Shown piece by piece: positions 1-11,200 of a DNA stretch of 64,000 bases. This stretch comes from Catajapyx aquilonaris (taxonomy: Eukaryota): assembly GCA_000934665.2 (NCBI GenBank), contig KZ537960.1, positions 186,001 through 250,000 of the forward strand. The letters are read 5' to 3'. Below the pieces are notes generated by a model. It saw only the letters and a program-made list of their open reading frames with translations. It had not been told where the DNA came from and ran no database searches. Each line of letters opens with the position of its first letter. Within the stretch, counting starts at the first letter, position 1. Both the position numbers and the translations under genes were made by a program.

Positions 1-947
1 AATGATGCAATTGGTAATGGCACCTGAGAGCTTTTACATATGTGTGGGAATTGGATCACTAACTTGAGGTCTATTCGTTTATCAGCCTGTGTAGTGTTAC
101 GCGACAGTGCTTGTGGCGTCGGTGTAATGTAATAATGGTACTGTAAGCCAATGTGAGGAAGGCTTTGCACTGGCCTTGTACAGTGCATTCAACAATGCTA
201 CAACTCCAGAGCAAATGAATTGAGTACCTTGAGGCCAAAACACCTCTTCAATGAATCTGTTGCTTGAACTGGTGTTACATCAACTGGTAAACAAATAGAC
301 CTAGAAGACCTGTATGAATTGCCAGGATGTGTTGATTACATATATGCCGTCTAGCGAAAAAGCTGTATCTGCAATAATGTTGCTTGTTGTGCTAGAACAC
401 TGAACAACAAAGACTTATCCTCCTGCCAATACACACTGCAGTCTGAAGTAATCTAATAGAGCTGGTCGCATGCAAAGTGGGCCTTACTGTACATTGCAGA
501 TGGGTAGATAATAGTGTACGTTTTAATTATGCAAAAAATTGTGATGCCACGCACATAGTGCACCAAGTTTTAGATATGCAATGACAACGGGACTTTTACC
601 TGCCAACTATGGTACTATTGGGCTCAGGTTGTTTCTAATGTATTCTATTTCCCAGTGATATTACTGCTTGTTACATTTGAAATATATAAAACGCTGCTGT
701 TGACCTTATCCCAAGGACATGATTTATTGACCTGACTTCCCTGATAGTGTAGATTACAAAGGCGGCCATATTGGGAGAAAAATATTTATTCACGCACACA
801 TCTGCACTCTTATTTAAATAGAACATCCATCACACATCTTTGGTTGAAAATATACAGTTAGGTACAATGCTGGAATGGGAAAATAGGAACCAGTCTCGGT
901 TGTTAGATGAGCTTTTTTTCAAAGGATATGCAGGGCAGGTGGGGGTT

Positions 948-1583
948 TCAGACTCGCTTCTTGCCGTCCAGCACGTAAGTAAAGTCGTCTCCGTAATGGT
1001 ATTGAGCAGACCTGAGCATCCGGATCTGTTTCCAGGCACAAACAAGGAGAACAAAGTTGACTAGGTAGGTCGCAATGCACACGACACACATGCTCTGTAT
1101 TATGAAATACTGAATGTAGCCCAGGTAGAGTGACATTAAGTTGGACGCCACCGTCATGGCAAACCGGAGCCGAGCCACCCAAAGCCACGGCAACGGACCT
1201 GAAAGAAACCACGTTGAGCCTGGGACACACTTACGTAAAACAGACACTCACCGGTTGCAGCAAGGACGCAGTAGAAAATGATTCCGTAGAGGCTGTTGGG
1301 CTGGTAGAGCGACGACTTGTCCCCAACCACCTTGTTGACCACCCCGAACCCCTTGCCGTACCTGCAACACATTGTCCTGTACCTGGCACTAGTCAAATGC
1401 ACCTGCAACTCACTTTGACATGAAGTTAGCACTACAGCTGACACCAGGACTGATGTCGCACATGGGCGTGTATGTGACATCCTTCTCCATGGTGGTCTCC
1501 ACATGCAGGGCGTACACCGACAGCATCAGTCCTAGCACGCAGGTGACCAGGTGGACAGCGGTGGTCCCGCAGCAAGCAGACAT
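948..1583 (-). CDS. VKORC1: Vitamin K epoxide reductase complex subunit 1 (VKORC1/VKORC1L1 family), 3 exons, 176 aa
   Basis: Exons 1583-1414, 1361-1252 and 1198-948 join in frame through GT-AG introns of 52 and 53 bp. The protein has GLMLSVYALHVE, the loop cysteines (MCDISPGVSCS), YGKGFG, QPNSLYGIIFY and the redox motif CVVC, colinear with human VKORC1. AATAAA on the minus strand at 790-785. Confidence 0.96.
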
Positions 1584-1906
1584 CCTGTGGGCCTGAACGT
1601 ATGTGCGAATGTGCAGACAGGTCGATGCTATCCTCCCGGCAGTGCAGCGCGGACTGTTTGAGTGAGCCTTCAACGCCTCCACTGGCAGGCCGCGTGCAAG
1701 GCCATACCAGTCTGGTGTAAACAGCTGACAGGAAAAAGTGCACAGGCACATATCACTGGGCGGTGCTTCGTACCATTATCGTGCAGTTGGAGGCATCTCG
1801 GCTGCTGATAAGGACACAGGGATTAGTGTCTGGAAATAACGAGGGTAGGAGGTGACGTCTCATTTGCATTTAGATTGTGTGTCTAGTTGTATTGTCGTCA
1901 ACAGGC

Positions 1907-2086
1907 ATGGGGGTGTATGCATGGGACATTGTCTTGCCGGTGCTGTCCTTCTATGTGCTGGTGGCGGCACTCACAATCCGGATTCTGGTGCAGGAGTGGA
2001 GGCACACGCAACAGGCTGGAGGCACGGAGGAGATGGTACTGTACGATCGGACCACAAACAGCGTCAAAATGGATCAAACTAGGTAG
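1907..2086 (+). CDS. Putative 59-aa single-pass membrane microprotein, unknown function
   Basis: MGVYAWDIVLPVLSFYVLVAALTIRILVQEW... has one hydrophobic helix. The ATG sits 2 nt after a CAG acceptor (putative 5'UTR intron 1845-1904, 60 bp). Head-to-head with VKORC1. No recognised homolog. Confidence 0.5.
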   Translation: MGVYAWDIVLPVLSFYVLVAALTIRILVQEWRHTQQAGGTEEMVLYDRTTNSVKMDQTR

Positions 2087-2125
2087 ACAAAACACTGGTA
2101 TGCTGGGGAGTGCCTTTATTGCTGA

Positions 2126-2735
2126 TCATATCTCGGTGTAAGACTGTCGCCATTGTGGGGCTGTGTAACAGCATGGGCCAAAGACAGACACGAACATGAA
2201 TATCACACATGGGACTAGGACAAACCAGCTAAACAGTGATCCGGCGGTGGTTATCAAAATACAGTCTCGCCCGAATACTGGTGAGGGTGTGACCGGTGGT
2301 AACTCAGTTGTCGGCACTTCCGTCGTGGTCGTACCGGCCTCTCCATCAAGTGTCCAGTCGTCGTCGTACACGTAGGCCTCATACATAGGCGGTGGTGTGT
2401 TACCTTCAGTCCATAAGATGGGCTCATCATACCGGTACGAAGAAGACTCTGGTCGATGCACACTTCGCAGTTTGGGACCTACGTGACACACTGCGCTGTT
2501 GACGACCAGTACACTGATGACCACTGCTAACGACAGCCCAATTGCCTATGTGAGATATATATTAATTTATATAAACGACAGTATTAATTACAAAGTATGT
2601 ACTTACCAGAAAAATGGAGCATGGGAAATGTTGCCATCCACGATAAAAGCAGTTCGAAACAGGACCGGTACAGCTCTGTAAATGTAAAACGTCAAACTTC
2701 GTACACACGTGTCACAAGAATAAACTTACCCCCAT
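2126..2735 (-). CDS. Small 2-TM membrane protein, array member A (164 aa), Thr/Pro-rich loop, ends YTEI
   Basis: Exons 2735-2730 (ATG GGG|gtaagt), 2675-2607 (69 bp) and 2545-2126, all phase 0 with canonical splice sites. AATAAA at 2120-2115. Confidence 0.78.
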
Positions 2736-3863
2736 TTGGACCTCCGTTCTTGATTTCACGTCCACTCCTTAGGCTTTTGAGAGAATTTTTGGGTATGACC
2801 ACCGTATAAGTAGCTACTGGTATGTCACTAAATGACTAAGGCTCAGTCAGACGGGGCTGATTTCGGACAATATGGTCAGACCTTAGACTGACCCTCCTAC
2901 TGACTCAACATCATGCAGATGTCAGGGTCATCATTATTCATCTGATCCTATTATAGAGGCTACCGTACATATTACGACTTGTAAACATCAGATCTGTATG
3001 ACCTACATGTGTGATGTGTGTTGTATGTGGCAGAATCAAATTGCTCGGTGCATGCTTGAAAATATTTCAGTAGACGCAAACTGGCCTTGGGTGTCCTTGC
3101 ATTGAACAGGATTTTACAGCAGTGCAGGAATTTTTATGAGATTGTTTTCCCGGAAATTAACAAATTGTTAACATGCTGATTGGATACGCAACGATGCAAG
3201 TTGCGAATTATTTAGAGTGTTGTACTAGTCTGATTATTTAGTTGCAGTACATCGTAATTAGCATATGTATGAGGGTCTGGTACAGTACACAGTTGCTTCC
3301 CATATGTGCCATATCTCGGGAGAGGCCGGGTGGGGGGGGGGGNGGGGGGGTAGCAGAATAAAACATGATTTTGTTGCGAAAATTCTCCTTGTGAAAAAAT
3401 TGCACATTTCACAAGGCACGTAATATAAACCAATCCGCTTCAGTTTTATGATAGGGCTAGAAAATTCTGCAATTATGAATTTTTAAACGTTATTTTATGC
3501 GCACATTCGGTAAGGCAATGACTTCTTGAGAGTAGTGAACACGTAGGATGATGCACTTACATGAATGCGTCATTTTACAAGGTCAATAAATTGTTCATAT
3601 TTATAAATCGTATCTCATCAGTATACATTCCAAGTGAAGAATGATATGGTGCAAAACATTAAAGAGGCGGATTGCATTGTAGGAATATGCCAATTTTGAG
3701 GTGGTTTTGTGCATCATATGACTGCTGGACTTCTAGATAACAGCTATAAAAATAAATAACGGGAAAAACCAGATCTGCAACTATTAATGGCAGGAATAAA
3801 ATCAGGAAAATTCATTGCAACACACCAGTTTATTTCTGAGAGTTCAACATAACAATGTAGTGG

Positions 3864-4470
3864 TTATATCTGCTCATAATCCATCAAGTGCTTAGTCTCC
3901 TGATGTTCAACATTCGGACTACGGCACGCACTAACAAAAAAGGCGACCAGAGTGGTTGCAATCAACACAAATGCAAGCGCAATTGGGTACCCAAACATGA
4001 AGCATTTGGCACAGTCCGAGAGGATCTTGGCCCTATCAGGTATGTCGGTGTCGTTGCCGAAGGCGTTGCCGTAGTCCTCATCATGCCGTACTCTCATGTA
4101 TGGCCATATCGAGTGCATTATCGAATAGTCAAAGGGGCGATCTGGGAAGTTCAGGTCCAGGCAGACTACTGCTGACAACATAGCGACAGCAAGCAGCAAA
4201 AAAGGGAGCAGCACCTACATAAGAAATAGAAAAGATAAGTCAATTTTCAACAGTCATTTTTTAAAAATTTCAACACGTTTGTGAGAACCTACACACTTGT
4301 ATGCAAAATTCAACATGTGCAACTCACACTTACCGAACCAAAAGGGGATGAGAAATTCACGAACCCTCGAACAAAATAATTCTTCACGCCTTTACCCATT
4401 TTCTGAAACTAAAAAGAAAGTAAATTATTTGCTGTAATGGACACTACAATTGTTCTCAATTACTTACCAT
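3864..4470 (-). CDS. Small 2-TM membrane protein, array member B (140 aa), ends DYEQI
   Basis: Exons 4470-4468 (ATG|gtaagt), 4402-4334 (69 bp) and 4214-3864, phase 0/0. Exon 2 (VKNYFVRGFVNF) resembles member A (VSNCFYRGWQHF). NDT sequon in the loop. AATAAA at 3834-3829, TATA and Inr upstream. Confidence 0.82.
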
Positions 4471-4515
4471 CTGGCAGCACATTTTGAATCTGCGGTTAAT
4501 AGCCTGGATGTCAGT

Positions 4516-4543
4516 GACTGAAATCGGACATGAACCTTATATA
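4516..4543 (-). promoter_or_regulatory. Core promoter of array member B (TATA box plus initiator)
   Basis: Minus-strand TATATAA at 4543-4537, then TCAGTC (arthropod-type Inr) at 4521-4516, about 50 nt upstream of the ATG. Spacing is slightly shorter than canonical. Confidence 0.5.
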
Positions 4544-4672
4544 GCCTTCATCTTACTCATTCCTGATTATTAGAGGCACATCGGTCATTAGGTCACATAT
4601 GAGGTCACACATAGTCACTCACACAATCACAAATTAGCCGGTTTATTCATCTCAGTGTTACAAACATGACTT

Positions 4673-5153
4673 TTAACTCTGATGGTGCATCACACATAAG
4701 TAAAGGGCAAAGCCAAACGTAAAGAAAATTGGAAGGATTAAACAAAAGACAATCATTGCATTTGCCAAATTATTGAGCCAACAATTTTGGTCAGTTTCAG
4801 GAATAAGGTAGATGACTTCGTCAGATTCATAGTCTTCGCAAGACATGACCAATAAGACTGACAGGCTAAAGGCTGCTGCCAGGACGAAGCTGAAGATTAT
4901 CTGCAAACACAACACATGTCACAAAATTTTCAAATTGCTAAAATATTAGTACACACCGAAATTAATATAGCCCACGTTTGTTTTTGTATCGGAAATATTC
5001 TTCTGCTCATTTCTCCCTCCTGAAAAAGAAGGCAACAATTAGTGTCAGAATATTTCTTATTGTCCATTCATTTACCTCTGGTGTGCTGATGGGTGCCTGT
5101 GACAGATCGTGTGTACTCCTTACCGCATTCTGGTAGCTCATTTCGTACTCCAT
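4673..5153 (-). CDS. Small 2-TM membrane protein, array member C (122 aa), short tail
   Basis: Exons 5153-5076, 5019-4957 (63 bp) and 4900-4673, phase 0/0. Two hydrophobic segments flank an acidic loop bounded by Cys (MSCEDY...DQNCW). AATAAA at 4647-4642. Confidence 0.72.
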
Positions 5154-5603
5154 GCTTGTTTGGACTAAAAAAAAAACTGTAGTAATTACCACAAATGGTC
5201 CAATTTCTGCAGATGAAGTGAAACCAGTTAGAAAATGGTCCTCATTTTATATCGACAATTCTATCCCGTTATGCAGCTGAAACGTCACAATGCGTATCTG
5301 GTGGGAAGTTGGTGAAGCAGTGTCCAAGAGGATTAACTATTAGTAATCCTCTTGGGCATGGTGTATATGAAACACAGCATGATACATGCATGAATAATTT
5401 GCTTGCTCCCTATAGCATGTGTGCAGAGGCAACAATGAGTCGACTGTATTTTTGTCATTTTTTAAAATTGCTGACCAGTTGAACATATTGCCTATTTCTG
5501 AAATGTAAACAAACACTGGCTGTCACCACTGAACTTTCAGAAAATGTCAAACACAATGAATCCATCCAAATCACTTTTATTGCAGAATAATTTGACAGGA
5601 TTG

Positions 5604-6125
5604 TTAAATTTGCTCGTAGTTGTAGTCCGCATTGTTGCTGTAGAAATACCGCCTCTCATCGTCCAGTTGGCAAGTGCAGCAGCGGTAGCACAAATGGCAA
5701 CAGAACATGAGCAGTGGTATACCCAGGAAAGAAACGATGAAACTTTTCCAGCTGACTTCCAAGTAGCAGTCCGTCATGGAGTCAAATCGCATCGGGAACA
5801 AGCTCTCACGCTTTTGGTCAGTCCATGACGATGTGCTGGTACCATCCGGGTATTCTGCGGTACTGCAGATGGAGACGGTGGTGGCCAAGGCGCAGACTAA
5901 GATGACGGTCACTACGATGATCTGGAATATGAAACATATGTCAGAAACAATAGTAATATTTGCCTCGTACCTGTCGTACCTGTAGGATGGGGCACACCGC
6001 AGCCACAGATCTGTATGTCTCCTTCAGCTTCTCGACGAATTCTCGGAATGCCTGCAAAGGTGCAAGGAAGTTAATAGTTAAAAGGGTGTTTCTTTTGGAG
6101 GAAAATATTGTGAACCTACTTCCAT
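5604..6125 (-). CDS. Small 2-TM membrane protein, array member D (131 aa), Cys-rich tail, ends YNYEQI
   Basis: Exons 6125-6120 (ATG GAA|gtaggt, the least certain exon), 6051-5980 (72 bp) and 5921-5604, phase 0/0. AATAAA at 5581-5576. Confidence 0.76.
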
Positions 6126-7319
6126 TGCAGTCCTTCCTGCTGGATTTTTGGATGGATATTAAAGACCGAGGTATTCATACTACTGGAATTTATACCCCAC
6201 GATTATTAGGTTGAATGTATCAGAGATAGAGTCACGATTGGTGACTGGGTTTTGCGAAAGGAGAAGAAAATTATGGCACGCAGGCTACATAGGTGATTTG
6301 AAAAGGTGAGTAAGCTGTTGTGATTACCTTTTGTCAGGTTTTATGAGTTTCAGCTCGACTACACAGCTACCCCTGTAATTGCGCAATTATTTACATAGTT
6401 GGCAATTATTTGCTATAATAGCATTACCGACTATAATATAATATAATGTCCAACGTGATGTGCTTTGATTTTGTGGTAAAATCGAGAAGAGGGCGAGATG
6501 ATATTTTCCAACTTTTTTGTTCAAATTTTCAACTTTTAATTCAGTTACAATTATTGCTAACTAAATTTAATTCGTATTTTATTCTCAAGGTGACAAGGTT
6601 TTCTCGCGAACTGGCGCACCCAGGCCATATGTTTATATTTACGGGTAATAAATCTTTGGCATTTGTCTTCCAGCTTTTCCAACTCTCGGGTACACCAAAA
6701 TACCGATGCAAATTATAGGGTGGTCCGTAGCCTTCTCATAATAGGCAGGAAGCAGGGTTTGTTTTTGACCTACACTGTGGAACCAAATGCTGTACGGCTG
6801 CGTTCATTTTTGTCAATTTGTTCTCTGTAGTATATACTTTTGAGCCCAATGAATTGGTGTATACGGTGTTTTTTTAAAACCCATTTGTAAGTCAAGTGAA
6901 TTCATTTTCGATTCATCTAGTGTACAGATTCATGCCTTTTTTAAAATGGTGGGCAAACCTCAAACATTATCAGGCTTGTGTGCTGTACAGTACAAATGTA
7001 CGAGAATTCAACAAATGTTATGTAATTTCAGTTTAATTGTTTTTGTCCCTCGTGTCCATATGTGTAATCAAGTATGTGATATGTGACAACCAGTAGCACT
7101 TTTTGCTTTCTGAAGTTGAACGTTGTGTATTATGTATAGATGCTTTTTAATTTCAGTGTTGTTAATTTATGATATATGATCACCTGTGGAAGAATAAAAC
7201 CCTCATCATTTAGTCGCCCCCATATTACTGAAACTGAAAGCCAAATAACGCCAGTTTAAATCACTTGAAACACAGTACCGTATGTATCATAATATATTGA
7301 TTTATTTCACAAAGAAAAA

Positions 7320-7903
7320 TTACAAGACAGTATCAGCAGTGGGGGTGGTCTGACAAGATCTCTCGTATCTTCCATTACGGTCATCATATTTGTACAGAGA
7401 CCAAACGATAAGGACGCAGGGTACAAGCCAAAGGAATCCTAGGAACATGGCCAGAATGATGGCTCCAGAAAAAGGCACCGAACCATAGCAGTTCATGGCT
7501 CCAATCAGAGCCTCCTCTTCGCTCAGTGAGTAGTACAGGTCTTGCGGAGGTGACCAGCAAATCCAGTTCAGCATCATGATGGTGGTGAAGAATGACAACA
7601 AAAGGTGAATCAGGAACTGAAAAAATCAGACATGGTGGTGTCAATATTGAAATTGCTATTACAAAGCCTCACTGTCAATAATGACTTATTTCAATGAAAA
7701 GTTGGCACCCATACTGACAAATTTATAAAACCAATGTAGTTACCAGATAAATTGCGCAAATGGTGAAGACACGGACATCCCGAAACATGGTCTTGTTGCT
7801 GGAAGCACGAGCCTGCGAACATCAACATAAATTACATTCAAATTACACGCAAAAATCATCACAAATCACTGTCACTCACCCTAGCCACGCCACTCTCTCC
7901 CAT
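7320..7903 (-). CDS. Small 2-TM membrane protein, array member E (129 aa), ends DTVL
   Basis: Exons 7903-7880 (|gtgagt), 7812-7744 (69 bp) and 7616-7320, phase 0/0. TM2 LVPCV is shared with member A. Inr-like TTTCAGTT at 7920-7913. AATAAA at 7306-7301. Confidence 0.78.
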
Positions 7904-8278
7904 CTTAGCCGAAACTGAAAATCCTCTCATCCTCCCCCATGCCACTGCCTTATGTAGCCACCAGTGACTAACACCCCTGACTGATCCAAATGAACAATTT
8001 TCCCACGCTGTCTGACATCACACTGACGATAACAGCCAACACGATGAGTACTGAACAACAATGCAAATGAGGCGGGAAACAACTGTTGGCAACAATAAAA
8101 TTAGTTTGAACACGCGCGCTTCGTGGCCATTCTGCAGTGTGGCTACATGGACGCTGGCTGTTGGCAACACTGCTGCTGGCTTCTGTTGGCAACCCTGTTG
8201 CGAGAGCGTGTGAAGCCCAGCCGGCGTTGTCTGAAGCTGTCTGAAGCGGTCTGAAGGACTTGGATTTTAGTGTGCAGA

Positions 8279-11200
8279 ATGGTGAAGGAGCTATTGTCGT
8301 CGACGTCGTCCCGGTCGTCGTCGGGAAGGGGGGAGGCGGGGACCCCAGGGATGAGGGAGACCAAGAAGAGGAAGAAGGCTCCCAGCAGCACCACCGGATC
8401 CGTCGTGGCCCCTCCAAAGGTGCCCAAGGGTGACGTCTACTCGGTTGGTTACATTTCCAGAGCATTTCCATCCTAAAAGAGTACCAGTTTAGCATGTACC
8501 TTGTGTTACAGGAGGTGATTGACTTTGAGGAAAAGGAAGCCTTGCGTCGGTCCCCAGAAAAGGATGTGTCGCTCTTCCACGACACTTGTGGTGAAATAAG
8601 CAAGCTGATGAAGGACATTCTGGAGCTGAAGCTGAAGAAAGGGGAGCACAGCCAGGCGGATATCATGGAGAAGCGGATTGCGGCTTCTCTTCACTTTGTC
8701 ACATTGAAGAAGCTGAATCGTCTGGAGAAGGTGCGGTTGAAGCAAGCCAGGGACACCACCAATGAGGCAAAACAGAAGGTGGACAACTACCATCTTACAC
8801 TGCAGAACCTGCTGTATGAGGTTATGCACCTTCAGAAGGAGGTCACAAAGTGCCAGGAGTTCAAGTCCAAGGATGAGGATATCGACCTTGTACCTGTGCA
8901 AGTTTTCTACAAGGAGGCCCCCGAGAAGATTTCTCGTCTAGTAAGTACACAGAGGGTATCATTGCTTGTCAGAATTGCTTACCAAAGTTATCAAGTTATC
9001 ACAAATTTGGTTGTGCTAAGCAGTAACTGCAAGTAGTCAACTCATAAAGGTTATAAATATTAATTGCTAATATACAGGGTGGTCCCCATGTAGTTTTTTG
9101 ATAGTATTCCTTGGTCCATAATTTTTTTTCAGTTGAGTCCTGACACAAATGATGAATCAAGGTATCACTGTACAGTATACAGGGTGAAGGGAAACTGGCG
9201 CCCAATTGCCAGGTAGTCTGATAGTACTCGCAAAACTAATATAGGGATGTGCAATTAGTTTTGGGCGCTGTTGCTTAGTGAATGCATACGGCACCTTTAA
9301 AGTTTCGTGACGTCACATCCACTCTGCCAGTTTCAAGGAAGCAAAAGCCAGCTCGAGGGCCTCGGAATAATCCAGCCTGGGTCCCTAACGCATTGTCCAT
9401 GTGCAATAGGCAATCAAATCCCATCAGAGTAAGAATCCAGGTGCGACACCTGTGCACTTTGTTGTTTTTACCCCATATTTTACCACTTGGCCCTCTACAC
9501 TTTAAAGGCGCCATACGAATGAACTACTCGCCAGCGTCCAAAACAAATTGCACATCCCTATATTAGTTTTGCGAGTACTGTCAGTCTACCTGGCGATTGG
9601 GCTCAAGTTTTCCGTCACCCTGTATACTCCGAAGGCCATAATGACAATGTACCTTTCAATATATTGTTAGCAGATGATATTCTATGGAAGTTACTGTGTG
9701 AAAGTAATAGCTTAAAAATTAGCAGCTTAATCCAAAAAATAACTTAATGAAACGAGGGAAACAGGTGATTCTTTTAGATCATCTGGTGTTAGCTGTGCCT
9801 GCCTTCACAGATTTTGTGCATGCCGATTACATAAGAGAGGCGAGACTTTTGTATATTGATATCAAACATTTTTATAGACTGTGACACAGAAGGACCCACA
9901 CCAGCTGAAGTTGGCACGCCTGGAGTGGGAGCTGGACCAACGGAAGGACTTGGCTGCAAAGTGCAAGAAGCTGGAAGAGTCCAAAGAATCTGTAGCGAAA
10001 GCTATCAGAGAGAAGCAGGAATACCTGGACAACTTGGCACCTAGGCTGAACTCAATATTGGAGGTTAACTTTCATATGTTTTTGTTAATCATCCTACCTT
10101 AGGTACTGGAGGGGCTGATTACTGTTGCTGACCATGGTACCAAATTGACCAAAGTTGCTTGTGTTTTAAGTCTTGGACATTACATTAGTTTCTTGGTTCT
10201 ATTCTGATGCATCTTATGCAGTGAAACTTTTATACTGAGGATTGGTTCATTCCTCAAAAAAAAAAAAAAAAAATGTACAGGGTGTGCTGCAGGTGGGTTT
10301 CACTGTATGTTTTTATCATAGTGGTTGATTTTCTAGGCAACAAAACCATTGCAAGAGTACCTGGAGATGCCTCTGGACAAGAATCGGATCCAGCATACTA
10401 TGGCCCAGTACTTACCTTGTGTCCTCTACACACTGTTTGTGCAGTGCAGTGCATATCAGGAAGCATGTGGTGAGTATCAATCTTTGCAGTTGTGATTATT
10501 TATAAAAATACTATTGCTTCCGGCTTGAATATTTCACTACAGGTGGAATTTCCAGTACGTGCTACACAATCAAGGGTTTTGATGCAAACTTAATGCTCAT
10601 TTCATTCGTTGGTGCAGATAAACTTTTGGAAGTGACTGTAGAAGGTGACTTGGAAGAAGCCAAGAACTTCCAACATGATCTCAATGAGGTGGGCCAACTG
10701 GCTGGAGGAGGGAGTGGTGGCGAAGGGGAAGGAGAAGGAGAGGAGAGCGACTCTGAAGGGGAAGGAGATGGCGAGGGAGGGGAAGGTCGAGAGGAAGGCA
10801 GGTCAGGGAGCAGGGCAAAGAAGAGGCACAGGAGGAAGAAGTCCCAGTTAGACCGTGTCCAGGAGAAAAGGAAAAAGCTGCTGACACCTCATCCCCTCTG
10901 GATCAAATTTGTAGTCAGGGTCAAAGGTTAGAAGAACATTATTGTGTTCAGGCTACATGTGCCCATTCTAATGAATGTTTTTCTACTTTCAGATGGGAAG
11001 AGCATGACAGTGAAGTTCTTCTATCTGGTCAGCTTACACATAGTGACTGCCAAATGTGACCTAAATATTGAGGCATCTCTCCTGAGAGGGTGAGTTATTG
11101 GATTTGGATTTTTAGAGACATGGCAATATGCTTTGAAGCACTGATGACTTCTAATGGTGGCGTATTTGGAGCTTCTCCATGTTATTTTGAAAACTTGATA

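Noticed and set aside
1584..1751. N-terminal extension of VKORC1 in the ORF track
   Set aside because: It starts at a non-ATG codon and crosses a likely 5'UTR intron (CAG acceptor just before the ATG). Homology starts near Met at 1583.
2381..2396. PPxY (PPPMY) WW-domain ligand in array gene A
   Set aside because: It lies in the inter-helix loop, which looks luminal, and it is absent from the four paralogs.
7968..8901. Long minus-strand ORFs (232, 131 and 94 aa)
   Set aside because: Antisense shadows of THOC5 exons 1-2, with no independent gene signals.
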